Source: an uncultured Acidimicrobiia bacterium
GTDB taxonomy: Bacteria > Actinomycetota > Acidimicrobiia > Spongiisociales > ZC4RG35
Assembly: GCA_963790345.1 (NCBI GenBank)
Contig: CAWBOD010000006.1
Span: 23,573-87,572 of the forward strand
Direction: 5' to 3'
Length of the DNA stretch: 64,000 bases
A model generated the notes under the pieces. That model was given only the letters and a program-made list of their open reading frames with translations. It was not told where the DNA came from and did not search any database. A program made the position numbers and the translations under genes. Shown here piece after piece: positions 12,906 to 23,889 of this stretch. Each line of letters opens with the position of its first letter. Positions within the stretch are counted from its first letter, which is position 1.

Positions 12906-13397
12906 CCAGCCTCAATGCAAGAGCCTTCTCGAAGAGGGCGAAGCCGTCGTTGTCGGTTACGACGTGGCGGTATCCGGCCTCCTTGTAATAGCGGCAGAGC
13001 CGCTCGTTCGCGGCCTCGCAGTCGAGCCTGACCCGGCTGCGTCCACTGACCGGCCGAGAACCGCTCTGCCCACCCGAGAATCACAGCGCCAATGCCCTCG
13101 TGCCGATAGCCGGGGATGCACCATCAGGTCACGGATATAGGACGCCAGATCGGCCCTGGGCCAGTAGTTGGTCGGGTCGTGGAACCACACCGCGATCGAC
13201 CCTATGACCGCTCCATCCAGCTCCGCTACCCAGAGAACGCCGGCGCTCGTCCATTCCTCCAGGTGCTGCCGCGTCAGGGCATTGGGGTTCGAGGGAATCC
13301 CCCGTTCGAGAAGGTCGACGGCCACCTCCTCGCGGATCTCGAGCAGGGCGTCGAAATCGTCAGGGGTGGCCGGTCGGATCGAGGGAATTGCTGTCAC
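12906..13397 (-). CDS. GNAT family N-acetyltransferase (frame disrupted; 3' end abuts tRNA-Pro)
   Basis: MTAIPSIRPATPDDFDALLEIREEVAVDLLERGIPSNPNALTRQHLEEW...VIGSIAVW. C-terminal part ILGWAERFSAGQ...VTDNDGFALFEKALALRLGSG is in other frames. Confidence 0.6.
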
Positions 13398-13469
13398 AGG
13401 CGCACTCTATGTTCGACGGATGATCCCTCCTCCTGAAGTGGTCGCAGGCCGCCCACGACTGGGTTTCGC

Positions 13470-14105
13470 TCACCCGCTGGGAGCGGGCCGAGCTGGGTCG
13501 GCTGCCTTCGCCGGGCCGGGTGGACCTATGGCGAGATCATGGACCTGCTGCCGGTCGCCAAGGGAACGCTGGCCGGCTGGTGCAAGGAGATCCGCCTGAC
13601 CGAAGACCAAATCGAAGCGATCAAGGCGCGGAGACCCCCTGGCATCCGCAGCGGAATCCCGGTCGACACCCAGAGAAAACGACGAGCTGAAATCGATCGC
13701 GATTCGCAACGAGGGCCGCCCTCGAAGCGAAAGAGATGCTGCATGACTCGTTCTGGATGGCTGGAGTAGTGATGTATTGGGCCGAGGGCACCAAAGCCAG
13801 ACCACGACTCGAGCTCACCAACTCAGATCGAGCGAGCGCTTCAACTCTTCATCGCCTGGACACGGCGCTACCACCGTCCCGATGCGGAATTCGTCTTGGA
13901 GCTCCACCTCCACGAGGGAAATGACGACACCCTCGCCCGAGCGCATTGGGCGTCGACCCTCGGGTTGATAGACCCCCGTTTCTATCCGACTTTCATCAAA
14001 CCGGCTGGGACGGGTCACAGAAAGAACAAGTCTGAAGCATGGCGTTTGTCGCGTTTCCATGACGAAGAGCACCGACGCGTTCCACCGAACCATGGCCTGG
14101 ATTGA
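13470..14105 (+). pseudogene. Fragmented HTH-domain gene remnant between tRNA genes (possible relic of an integrated element)
   Basis: Three out-of-frame pieces: AGWTYGEIMDLLPVAKGTLAGWCKEIRLTEDQIEAIKAR (HTH-like); ...FWMAGVVMYWAEGTKARPRLELTNSD; ...LHLHEGNDDTLARAHWASTLGLIDPRFYPTFIKPAGTGHRKNKSE. No confident family assignment. Confidence 0.3.
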
Positions 14106-14154
14106 CGCGATTGCCGATTTCCAGGGAGCCTTCCGCCGCTAACGTTTCGCTTTG

Positions 14155-14231
<77 letters not shown>

Positions 14232-14257
14232 CCCCCAAAAGAGAATCGCATCAACTC

Positions 14258-14340
14258 GCGGGCGTAGCCGAATTGGCACAGGCGCCAGACTTAGGATCTG
14301 GTGGGTTCGCCCAATGTGGGTTCGAGTCCCACCGCCCGCA
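14258..14340 (+). tRNA. tRNA-Leu (TAG), class II with long variable arm
   Basis: gcgggcgtagccgaattggcacaggc + anticodon stem ccaga/tctgg with loop cuTAGga + variable arm tgggttcgcccaatgtg + T-arm gggttcgagtcccac + cgcccgca. Confidence 0.85.
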
Positions 14341-14341
14341 C

Positions 14342-14470
14342 TCAGTGATCGTCGAAATCCCTCACCCCTAGCCAATCGAGATGCTCGGCGAGGTGATGGG
14401 CAACCCGCCCGATCACAACGACGTACACGAGGTCGTAGAACAACTCAAGAAAGCTGACCTCGCGGGTGTA
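14342..14470 (-). pseudogene. LtrA (low-temperature-requirement A)-like N-terminal fragment truncated at the tRNA-Leu 3' end
   Basis: ...TREVSFLELFYDLVYVVVIGRVAHHLAEHLDWLGV matches the LtrA N-terminal motif. The ORF stops 2 nt from tRNA-Leu. Confidence 0.4.
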
Positions 14471-14789
14471 CACCACCTCTCCGTGACGCCGTGGCGGTGT
14501 ACGAAACCAGAGACTCAGGCCCTGCCGGATGCGGTCCCCCGCGCGGTCTCCCGTTGTCAAACCGGTTTTTCGTGCCACACGCTTCGACCGTATCATTTCC
14601 GCCGATTCTGAGCCCACTTCGAGGTCTCTTGGCTGGTTGACTCTCCCAGGAAAGAACGAGCGCAGGAGCCTCCCCTTTGACCCTCTGCGACGATCGCTGT
14701 TCCGACGTGGGTCCTGAGCGCCGGCGCCGCAGGCATCGGACCATCTCTGGTGGCGCAAGCTCGGACGCACCGCAGGGTAGAATCAACCC

Positions 14790-15491
14790 AATGAGGCTGG
14801 GCGTGGTTGTTCTCGCTGTGGTCGCTCTGATGGGCATCGCCGGCATGCGGTGGCGATGATGCCGCGCGATACTCCGTTGCCCTGACGCTCGAGCAGCGCG
14901 TTGCCGGCGAGGCCGAGGCGCCAGGGTCGCAGCCGGATCCCGTGGAGACACGGCGCACGGCGTACCGGGCTCGAAGAGCTGGCGGCGACCATGGAACATC
15001 AGCTGATAACGGCAACAGAAGAAGAGAAGGCCGCGCTCGGGGAGGCAGGCTTCGTCTCGGCGATCCTCGACACACGCTTTTTCCCGAGCGAACCGGGTGC
15101 CGAGCATGTGGGCGGCGAGCCTCACATCGCGACGCTCGTGATGCAGTTCAGCTCCGAGGCGGGCGCTACCGACGCAGTCGATTTGTTGCACACGGACGGT
15201 TTGGAGCCTTGTCCAGAGACATGCGCCTTTTCCGTCGCGGAGTTCGAAGTCGACGGGATACCGAACGGCAGAGGCATCCAAAGGATCGCGACCCAGGAGT
15301 CGCTCGACCGGGTCGGCGATACCGAGCGTTCGCCACACGCCGAGTACTCGATCTTTTTTGCAGATGGACCTTTCGCCTACGACGTCAAGTTGTTTGGCCC
15401 GCCGGATGAGGTTTCCGAGCAGCAGGCCCAAGAGGTCGCGGCGAAGCTTTATGCACACGTCCACGGGGCGCCGCCGGCGTCGGAAGGATGA
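14790..15491 (+). CDS. Hypothetical acidic secreted/lipoprotein-like protein (frame change near N-terminus)
   Basis: MRLGVVVLAVVALMGIAG(C) signal/lipobox-like start at 14790. Main body 14901-15491 (MEHQLITATEEEKAALGEAGF...). Antisense ORF is Arg-rich junk. Confidence 0.4.
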
Positions 15492-15590
15492 GCAGGACGG
15501 CGAATGCCTGCTAGTCAATCCGCCTCGCTAGGCGGGCCGGCCTGGACACCCGACCTATAGTCCGCCTCCCTTCCCCGGTCTTCGGAGATC

Positions 15591-17129
15591 ATGAATCGTT
15601 GCAAGTGGTGGTTGCTCGCGGGTTCGACAACCTTCGCGCTCTTGACGACACCGGCGCTTGCTTCAGAGCTTCCCGACGACTGGCGCGATGAGGTAACGGA
15701 TTACGTGAACGGGGCGTTGGAGGACATCGACGCTCCCGGTGCCGCGATCGTGATCGTCGACGGTGATGAGGTCTTGTTCGCCGAGGGTTTCGGAGTCGAC
15801 GGACCGGGTGGGGATCCGGTGACTCCAGAAACGCCGTTTCATCTGGCCTCGGTGAGCAAAGCCATCACCGGGCTTGCGGTCATGCAACTGGTGGAGGCAG
15901 GAGCGTTGGATCTTGACACTCCGCTGGGAAGGTCCAGCCTCGGGCTCGGTTGGGAGGATCTTCCGGCGTCTGAAGTAACGGTCAGCAACCTTCTGTCCCA
16001 CACCAGCGGGTGGAGTGAATACGACGGCCTGGTCAATCGTGTCGGTCCTGATTCCAGGACCCAGGCCCTGGAGGCGAACGCTCAGCGGATCGCCGCCACC
16101 CCGCTGAGCCATTCGATCGGAGAATTCGAGTACTCCAACGCCAACTACGACGTTTTGGGCTATCTCGTCGAGCGGGCCTCCGGAACAACCTACGCCGACT
16201 ATCTGCAGGCCAATGTCTTCGCTCCGTTGGCCATGACCCACTCCTTCGCCAACGAAGCCGAGGCGGCTGGGGCCGGTGTCGCCGAGGGTCACTATCCCTT
16301 CTTCGGGATGAGGAGCACTCACCCGTTGCGGTTCGTTCCGGGCAGCCTTCCTTCTGCATTTCTCACCTCGAGCGCCTCGGACCTGGGCAATTTCCTCATC
16401 GCATATCTCAATGAAGGCCGTTTCGGTGCAGCCGCGGTCCTCTCACCCACAGGAATGGCAACCCTGCAAAGGCCGATAACCAATCCCAGCGGGGCCTGGG
16501 ATGGTTACGCGATGGGCTGGTGGGTCTTTCCGTTCTGGAGCGCGGGTGCGCTCACGGATGGGGACGGAGGCCCGGTGGCATATGACGTCCCCGTCATCCT
16601 GGAGCATGAAGGCGACCACGAGTCGTACGCCTCTTCGATCCTGCTGATTCCCGAACAGAAGCTGGGTGTCGTCGTTCTGCTCAACATCAACGACGAATCG
16701 GCTCCGGCGCGGTACCACCAGATGCATTTTGGGATCGCCAGCATCCTCCTCGGGGTTGATCCGCAATCGTTCGGTTCTGAGGATCCGATCCGGCGGAATG
16801 CCAAGGTCCTGGCTCTGCTATTCGTCGGACTCGTACTTCTCCGTGCTGGTTTGTCGGCCAGAAGACTGAGCCGCATGACTGCGTCACGTGGTCGTTATGG
16901 GGTCGTTCGCGACCTCGTCATTCCGCTAGTGATCGACTTCGTCCTGATCGGCGGTGTGTGGTGGTTTCTCTCCACCGAGTCGGGCGTTCCTCTGACCCTT
17001 GTTCGCCAATCGACCCCCGACATCGTGCTGGCCGCTGCGGTTGCCACCGTGGTCGTCGCCGTCTGGGCGATTGTCCGTTCCTTACGAGTCGGGCGTGCCC
17101 TCGGGCGGTTTCGGTCAGAGACCACCTAG
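15591..17129 (+). CDS. Serine hydrolase, beta-lactamase/transpeptidase-like family, with C-terminal TM segments
   Basis: Signal peptide. SxxK motif in FHLASVSKAITGLAVMQLVEAG. 512 aa with hydrophobic C-terminal helices. Confidence 0.8.
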   Translation: MNRCKWWLLAGSTTFALLTTPALASELPDDWRDEVTDYVNGALEDIDAPGAAIVIVDGDEVLFAEGFGVDGPGGDPVTPETPFHLASVSKAITGLAVMQLVEAGALDLDTPLGRSSLGLGWEDLPASEVTVSNLLSHTSGWSEYDGLVNRVGPDSRTQALEANAQRIAATPLSHSIGEFEYSNANYDVLGYLVERASGTTYADYLQANVFAPLAMTHSFANEAEAAGAGVAEGHYPFFGMRSTHPLRFVPGSLPSAFLTSSASDLGNFLIAYLNEGRFGAAAVLSPTGMATLQRPITNPSGAWDGYAMGWWVFPFWSAGALTDGDGGPVAYDVPVILEHEGDHESYASSILLIPEQKLGVVVLLNINDESAPARYHQMHFGIASILLGVDPQSFGSEDPIRRNAKVLALLFVGLVLLRAGLSARRLSRMTASRGRYGVVRDLVIPLVIDFVLIGGVWWFLSTESGVPLTLVRQSTPDIVLAAAVATVVVAVWAIVRSLRVGRALGRFRSETT

Positions 17130-17236
17130 CCCGGATCGCGTCCTGCGGGGCCCCAAGTCCGTCGGTGTCTCAACCTGTTGGAGTTTGATCAACGGTTTAC
17201 GGTGGGCGTCGACTTTGCCAACCCGCAAGGTGGGTC

Positions 17237-18449
17237 GTGACGATATCCATTGACCATGACGTCCGGCTGGTGCTGGCCTCGCAATCCGCTCGAGCACTCG
17301 GCTATGGATTCGGATCCGTGTTGCTTGCCTCGACGCTGGCGAGCCGGGGCCTTTCATCCATCAACGTCGGCACGGTTTTGGGTGCGCTGCTGGCCGGAAC
17401 GGTCGTTGCTCAGTTGGCGATCGGCCGCTGGGCAGATAGATGGGGGCGGCGTCGCAGCTATCAATTGATGTATCTACTACTCGGTGTGGCCGGTCTGGCC
17501 TTTGCCAGCGCCGCCCCACTCTGGGTTCTCGTGGTAGTGGCGCTGACCGGTGCCCTGTCCGCCGAAGTGATCGAATCCGGGCCGTTCACGACGCTGGAAC
17601 TGTCAATGTTGTCAGGGCGGCTCAACGCCAACGCCCTGGCCACCGGATTCGGTTGGTACAACGCCATCGCCACCGCCGCCGGGTCTCTCGGTGCGCTCGC
17701 CGCCGCTCTCCCGCAAATGGCGAGGTTGGCGTGGGACGGGGCTCCTTCAGACCGGGCCTGGTTCTTGCTCCTCGTCCCGATCGCGGCGACCGGGGTTGTC
17801 CTGGCCCGTCGATTGAGCCCGATGGTGGAAGTGACAGGAGCCGTACGAGCCGCCGCGCCCCTTGGTAGGTCACGTCCGGTTGTGACCCGCCTCGCCTCTC
17901 TGTTCGCCTTGGACTCGTTCGCCGGCGGGTTTGTCGTTCAGACGTTCGTCGCCTTCTGGCTCATCGAACGATTCGACGCCACCACGGCGAACGTCGCCGC
18001 TCTCTTCGCCACCATCGGAGTCATCCAGACCCTCTCGTTCCTGGCAGCACCGTTGATCGCCCGTCGATGGGGGCTGCTCAACACCATGGTCTTCACTCAT
18101 CTCCCCTCCAACCTGCTACTGGCCGCCGTCGCCTTCGCTCCTAATCTTCCTGTCGCCGCCGGATTCCTCCTGGCCCGGTCAGCTCTCTCCCAAATGGATG
18201 TTCCGACTCGTCAGGCACTACGTCATGACTCTGGTCCAACCGGCCGAGAGGACCGCGGCCGTTGCCTACACGAACACCGCCAAATACATCGTCCGGCCCA
18301 TCGGTCCGTTGATTGCGGGAGCTGCCATCACTGTTACCGCCGGGGCTCCATTCATCATCGCCGGCGTGATCAAGAGCATCTACGACCTCGTCCTGTGGGC
18401 TTGGTTTCGAACCGTTCCTCTCGCCATCCCCGAGGAGAGCACCGAATAA
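17237..18449 (+). CDS. MFS transporter (frame change near 18200)
   Basis: 12-TM-like pattern with GRWADRWGRRRS MFS signature loop. C-terminal segment continues in frame 18198-18449. Confidence 0.75.
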
Positions 18450-18510
18450 TTGATCTCATGGGCCCGAAACCGACGGGGAGGCGGTGGCCACGGCTGATCC
18501 CAGGAAGGAC

Positions 18511-19161
18511 TCAGGGCAGGCTCGGGCCGCTCACCGCCTCGAGAACCCGCTCGAACAGGGTTGGCCAGGGTCGAGCCGGCAAGGCCGGAAGGCCCTGTCG
18601 TCTGCACTCTCCCTGCAACCATTGGCCCTGAAGCCAGCTCACACGGGCCCGCTTGGTTTGGACACCCATCCCCGGTTCCCGCTCGCTGAAGTTGTGCAGG
18701 ATCTGGGCCTCGTCGGGCTCGTAGAGGAACACCGCCCTGACCCGCCCGTCATTGGGCTCGCCGGAGAATGAGGTTTGGGCCGCCAGCCCCGGAGTGACAA
18801 AGTCACCCTCGAGCACGATCGGCTCCCTGCTCTCGAGATGATCGGCGATGACGGCCTCCAGACCGGGGGCCATGGCCCGGGCCACCTCGAGCCCTTGACG
18901 CATGATTTCTTCGGCCGAGAGTTGATCGGGATCGGGGTGGGTTCGCCAAAAGTGGATAGCGGGTTGCTGCTCCGGTGTCGTCATCCGTTCGAGGAGGACC
19001 TGGAAGTCATCGATCGCGCTATGTCCGATCGCGAAGTGTCGAGCCAATCGGGAAGCGATCTTGGTCTTGCCAGTTCCCGAGGCGCCACCGATGATCAACA
19101 CGTCCCACGACCGGTCCCGGTCTGCCGCCAGGCGACCCACCTGCCCACGATAGGACACCAC
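18511..19161 (-). CDS. P-loop NTPase / kinase (AAA_33-like)
   Basis: Walker A IIGGASGTGKTKIASRLARHF. Confidence 0.6.
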   Translation of the reverse strand: MVSYRGQVGRLAADRDRSWDVLIIGGASGTGKTKIASRLARHFAIGHSAIDDFQVLLERMTTPEQQPAIHFWRTHPDPDQLSAEEIMRQGLEVARAMAPGLEAVIADHLESREPIVLEGDFVTPGLAAQTSFSGEPNDGRVRAVFLYEPDEAQILHNFSEREPGMGVQTKRARVSWLQGQWLQGECRRQGLPALPARPWPTLFERVLEAVSGPSLP

Positions 19162-19182
19162 CGCCGTTGGCGCCCGGGCTGT

Positions 19183-19695
19183 TCACGCCGTCGGTGGAAT
19201 CTCGACGACCCGGCCATCCTCCAGACCGAAGTCCCAGGCATCGATCGCCGGTGGTTCCAATCCGAGCATCGTGAGGGTTGTGGCGATCTGACTCCGATGA
19301 TCGGACCCGTGGTGCAGCGCCTGCGCCAGCCGAATTCCTAACGGCGCGTGTTTCTCGTACCCGTCGTCTTCATCGACTTCCCTGATGACCTCGTCGGGAT
19401 CGAGGTCTGCCTCCAACAGTCGGGTCCAGGCTGCTCCGGTCAGTTCCATCGCAGATCTGAGCCCCCGGAGATCTGTCCGATCCTCGTCGATGAGGAGCGT
19501 GCGGTCACCCGTGATAGAGAACAGGTACCAGGCGTCCGAGCCGACGAGGTGGCGTTGTGTCTCGATGATGGAGCCGTAGGTCCCGGGAAACACGGTGCCC
19601 TGTTGCTCCTGGTTGAGCATGAGGCACACATCAATCAACCGCGTCGTCGCCCATATGTGGTGCCCAAACGCGTCCTTCAGCAAGGACCTGCTCAT
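19183..19695 (-). CDS. DinB/YfiT-like (DinB_2, mycothiol-dependent isomerase N-terminal domain family) protein
   Basis: MSRSLLKDAFGHHIWATTRLIDVCLML...HLVGSDAWYL...HHGSDHRSQIATTL four-helix-bundle His motifs. GGTGGAG RBS before the ATG at 19695. Confidence 0.7.
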   Translation of the reverse strand: MSRSLLKDAFGHHIWATTRLIDVCLMLNQEQQGTVFPGTYGSIIETQRHLVGSDAWYLFSITGDRTLLIDEDRTDLRGLRSAMELTGAAWTRLLEADLDPDEVIREVDEDDGYEKHAPLGIRLAQALHHGSDHRSQIATTLTMLGLEPPAIDAWDFGLEDGRVVEIPPTA

Positions 19696-19945
19696 GTCTC
19701 CACCATAACGACCGCTCGAGAAAGACCCGAGTGCTTTGCACACGCCTTCCCATCTACCAACCGAGGCAGGACCCTTCGTTGAGTGCGCCATCCTCAACTA
19801 CCGTCTCCGGATGCGTGAACTGACCGTGGCCCTGGAGGAAACCATCTGGGAAGCTCTCGAAGAGAGGGCAGCCAGCAGTGGCGCCACCGTCGGACACCTT
19901 GTCAACCTGGCGCTGTCGGAATTCCTGGGCGTCGGGCACCACACG

Positions 19946-20632
19946 ATGTATCAGGTGTCAACAGCCGGCGCTCTCGTGGAAGGGGTGTCCCAGGGCGCCA
20001 TCTCGGTCGGCACTGTCCGTGAGCATGGGGACTTTGGCCTCGGCACCTTCGAGGACCTCGATGGGGAAATGGTGATACTCGACGGGAAGGTCTATCGGGT
20101 GGCGTCGGATGGTTCGGTGAACGAGGTGGACGACAGTGCCCTCACCCCTTTTGCGGTAGCGACCCGTTTCGAAGCCGCCCCAGCGGTGACCATCACGGCG
20201 AGCAACATGGCGGCCCTGACCGCAGCGATCGACGGGCTCCGAGAGTCCAGCAACGTATTCTTCGCCGTACGGGTCGACGGGGTGTTCGATCAGATGAGAG
20301 TGCGTGTGGTCTGTCGAACCGCCCCCGGAGTGAGGCTGGTCGAGGCCACTTCGAATCAAGTCGAACTCGACCTGGGTCCGATCAGCGGCACCTTGGTCGG
20401 GTTCTGGTCGCCGCCCTACGCCTCTGGCCTTGAGGTGGCGGGCTACCACTTCCACTTCCTGACCGATGACCGAGCGGTCGGAGGCCATGTGCTCGACTGC
20501 GGGGGTCGTGACCTGCAGGCCCAAATCCAACTTGAAGGATCGGTTCATGTTGCGCTGCCGGACAATCGTGCGTTCCTGACCGCCGACCTGCTGAGTGACC
20601 CGACTGCTGACCTGGAGCGGGCAGAGCACTGA
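19946..20632 (+). CDS. budA: Alpha-acetolactate decarboxylase (possible N-terminal RHH extension from 19811)
   Basis: MYQVSTAGALVEGV...HGDFGLGTFEDLDGEMVILDGKVYR...GYHFHFLTDDRAVGGHVLD matches ALDC. In-frame upstream MRELTVALEETIWEALEERAASSGATVGHLVNLALSEFL resembles a ribbon-helix-helix domain. Confidence 0.8.
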   Translation: MYQVSTAGALVEGVSQGAISVGTVREHGDFGLGTFEDLDGEMVILDGKVYRVASDGSVNEVDDSALTPFAVATRFEAAPAVTITASNMAALTAAIDGLRESSNVFFAVRVDGVFDQMRVRVVCRTAPGVRLVEATSNQVELDLGPISGTLVGFWSPPYASGLEVAGYHFHFLTDDRAVGGHVLDCGGRDLQAQIQLEGSVHVALPDNRAFLTADLLSDPTADLERAEH

Positions 20633-20786
20633 ACCCGCCCGTCAGCGATTCTCGCCGCCTGTCGTCTCCGGAATCCGGTCCACAACTCAAAGCATCGAGC
20701 CGGAACCATCGAGGATCGGACCGCTGAAGAATCGTAGGCTCTTCCCCCCATGAGGCCTCTGGCAGCCGACGGGAACCGATAGGGAT

Positions 20787-23700
20787 GTGGAGTTGCGGAG
20801 CAAGCGTCCATCGAAGGAAGACGTGCATGCCGATCATTCAGTGACCCACCGTGGCGGAATCGCTCGGAGGGCCGGGATTCGGGCCGGGGAAGGACGTCTG
20901 GTCGGCTGGGTCGCGACTCTGTTCGCGGTAACTCAAGCGAGCCATGGATTGGGGGCGACCACAGCCGACACCCTTTTCTTGTCACGTTTCGGAGTCGAAT
21001 TTCTTCCGGTGATGATTCTGGCCTCGGGTCCCGCGGTCATGTTCGCCACCGTCTTCTACATGGCAGGGATGCGCCGGTTGGGGGCGGCGCGATGGCTGGC
21101 TCCGACTCTGCTTTCACTCGCCGGATGGGTGGCCCTGGAGAGGCTGGCCGTCGCCGTTCGGATGCCGGGCGCTTATCCATTGATCTGGCTGGGGGCCCAG
21201 GTCGCAATTCTGGTCTCCTACACCGTGGTGTGGAACGCCGCCGGCGAAGTATGTACCACCCGCCAGGCCAAACGACTCTTCCCGATCTTCGCTTCTGCCG
21301 GCATCGCCGGGGCGATAGCGGGCAACGGCGTAGCGGGAACATTGACCGCTGCGCTGGGGACCGAGAATCTTCTGATCGTCCACGCCGGCCTTCTGGCAGG
21401 CGCCGCCGCCATCATGGCCACTCGGGTGAGACCGTTCATGAAGGCCTTCGAGACCAGCCTCCACTCGTCGATCTTCTCCGATCTTCGTGCCGGCCTTGAT
21501 CTCACCCGGACCAATCCCCTCCTGCGGCTGCTGGCGTGGCTAGCGATCGCCCTCAATGTTTTGTTCTTTCTCGTCGTTTTTCGCTTCAACGAGACCATCG
21601 CCACTTCATTTGGAACGGAAGCGGAGCTGGCGAGCTTCATCGGGACCTTCGCGGCGGTGGCCACTGTTGCCACCCTCGCCACGGCTCTTTTCGGTGCCGG
21701 TCCCCTGTTCAGGCAAATCGGAGTGGTCGGCACGTTGCTCATCGTTCCCGCGGTCTATCTCTTCGGCTTCGGACTGTGGTCGGTTTCATTCGGCTTGGTC
21801 ACGGCCACGCTGGTTCGGGGCGCGCAATGGGTAGCCGTCAACGCCCTGGGAGGCACTGCCTTGAGTTCCATGTTCAACGTGATCCCGGGCAAGCGCCGAA
21901 GCCAGGCGGCGACTTTCAACGCCGCCATTCCCACCCAGATCGGAACCACGATTGCCGGAGCTCTTCTGGTATTCGACTCCTCCATACCGGAACCGGGGCT
22001 CATCGTCATCGGCCTCGGGTTGTCAGTCTGGGCCCTGGCCCTCGGGGTCCGCATGCGGCATGCCTACACCGATGCTTTGGTCAGAGCCGTTCACACCGGG
22101 ATCGAGGTATTTTCGGCTCCGACCCCCGGAGTCCAAAAGCCCACCCTCGACGCCGATGCTCACGAGGCCTTGTCGACCGCCCTCTCCGATCCCAGTCCAG
22201 GAAGACGGGCGATCGCCGCCACCCTGCTGGGAAGGCTCGAATCCGACGGAAGAGAGCACTGGCCCCGAGCGCTGGCCGATGAGGATCCACAGGGTCCGCG
22301 CGGCCGCCCTTCATGCGATTTCGGATCGGCCCGAAGCAGTCGACATAGCGCGAGACCTGCTCGCTGATCCGGTTGCAAATGTCCGACGACGAGCAGTGGA
22401 AATCCTCGAGAAGCACGGGGACTCGATCAGCTCCTCGTCCGAGTCGTTGGTCGATCCCGACCCGGTGGTTCGTGCTTCAGCTGCGATTCTCACCGACCCG
22501 GACACCGGTGGCCGAATCCTGGACTCGATGCTGAGCTCGACGGACCAGGCGATGGTGCTGGCCGCCCTGGAGGCATTGGCTCACCGGCCAACACTCGTCG
22601 ATGATGATGTTGCCCGGTTCGTCACACACCCGGATCGCCAGGTACGGGCTGCGGCCGCCAGATGCCTGATCGGACGGACCGACCATATCGACACTTTGCT
22701 TTCTCTGCTCGATGACCCTTCGATCCGGGTGCGAAATGCTGCCGCTGACACCCTGGCAGCCCATCCCGATACGGTCGACGCCCTCGTTGAATTGCTGTCG
22801 CACGGCTCGGTCCGCGCCTGCGACGCAGCCTTGCAAGCTCTCGCCGAACGCGGGCTGGGAGGAGATCGATGCAGGGAGTGGATCTCGGGCGAGGTGGCCA
22901 GAGCACGGTACCTGCGCCTTCATCGGATGGTCCTGCTCGTCGGCTCCCCGACCGAAACCGTCGGCTACCTGGCCCGCCTGCTGCGATCCCGCGAGCATCG
23001 GCTGGAGCGGTGGGCATTGATGGCACTCACCGTCGCTGAGACCGAGAACGTGATTCCCGTGTTGAAACGTGCCATCTGGGCCGACGACCCCGAGATGAGC
23101 GCCCAGGCGCTGGAGGCCCTCGACTCGCTCGCCTCCCACTCCCTCGTCAGGCCTTTGATCGCACTGCTCGAGGACGATTCGACGCCCTCCAACGATGATC
23201 CCGAACAGACATTGCGGATTCTGGCCAACGACACGGATGACTGGATTCGGGCGCTGTCGATCCGAGCCTTGATGGAAGGGGACTATCCCCATCAGGACCA
23301 ATTACGAACCCGCTGGGCGACGGATTCGTCCCCCCTGGTAAGAGCGGTTATGTCAAGATCGACCAACCGAATGAACGAGACCGAAACCTTCGACACCGTT
23401 GACCGGGTATTGGCCCTGCAACGCGCCTCCATCTTCTCCGAGATCGACCCCGAAGACCTCGAGCGAATCGCCGTCGCCGCCATCGAACGCCGATATCACC
23501 CTGAGGAGACCATCTACAGATACGGAGAGGAAGGTAAGGAATTGCTCGTCGTTGTCTCCGGCGACGTGGAGGTACGGCGCCCGAATGGTCAAGCGATACG
23601 AACCTTCGGTGCCGGCGAACACGTTGGAGAATTGGCCCTCCTCGGACGCAGAACCCGGGCGGCCGATGTCATCGCCGGCCCCGCTGGGGTACACGTCCTT

Positions 23701-23799
23701 GCCTTGGAGGCAGCCGAGTTCGAAGTGATTCTGGAAGAGCGGCCTACCGTCGCCATGGCCATGCTGGCCACGTTGGCCGACCGGATGGGAACGATGTGA
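20787..23799 (+). CDS. TLC/MFS-like transporter fused to HEAT-repeat domain and C-terminal cyclic-nucleotide-binding domain (one frame change near 22270)
   Basis: N-terminal about 480 aa polytopic membrane domain resembling the ATP/ADP-translocase (TLC) fold. PBS-lyase HEAT-like repeats (DPDPVVRASAA, DPSIRVRNAAADTLA, DDPEMSAQALEAL). C-terminal cNMP-binding beta-barrel (LLVVVSGDVEV...FGAGEHVGELALLGRRTRAADVIA). Confidence 0.75.
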
Positions 23800-23889
23800 T
23801 GGACGGACCTGTGGCACTTCGCTCTGCAACTGGTCGGGGATAGTCGATATCGATCCGACCCGAAAAGTGCCATCGCCCGCTGCGTGCTT

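Noticed and set aside
13470-14105. Calling the fragmented ORF a LAGLIDADG homing endonuclease or transposase
   Set aside because: The MYWAEGTK motif does not match LAGLIDADG and no DDE/HNH catalytic motifs are visible. Left as unclassified HTH-like remnant.
14445-15518. 357-aa minus-strand ORF
   Set aside because: Arg/Pro-rich low-complexity translation typical of the antisense frame of a high-GC gene. The plus-strand ORF 14901-15491 has a protein-like composition.
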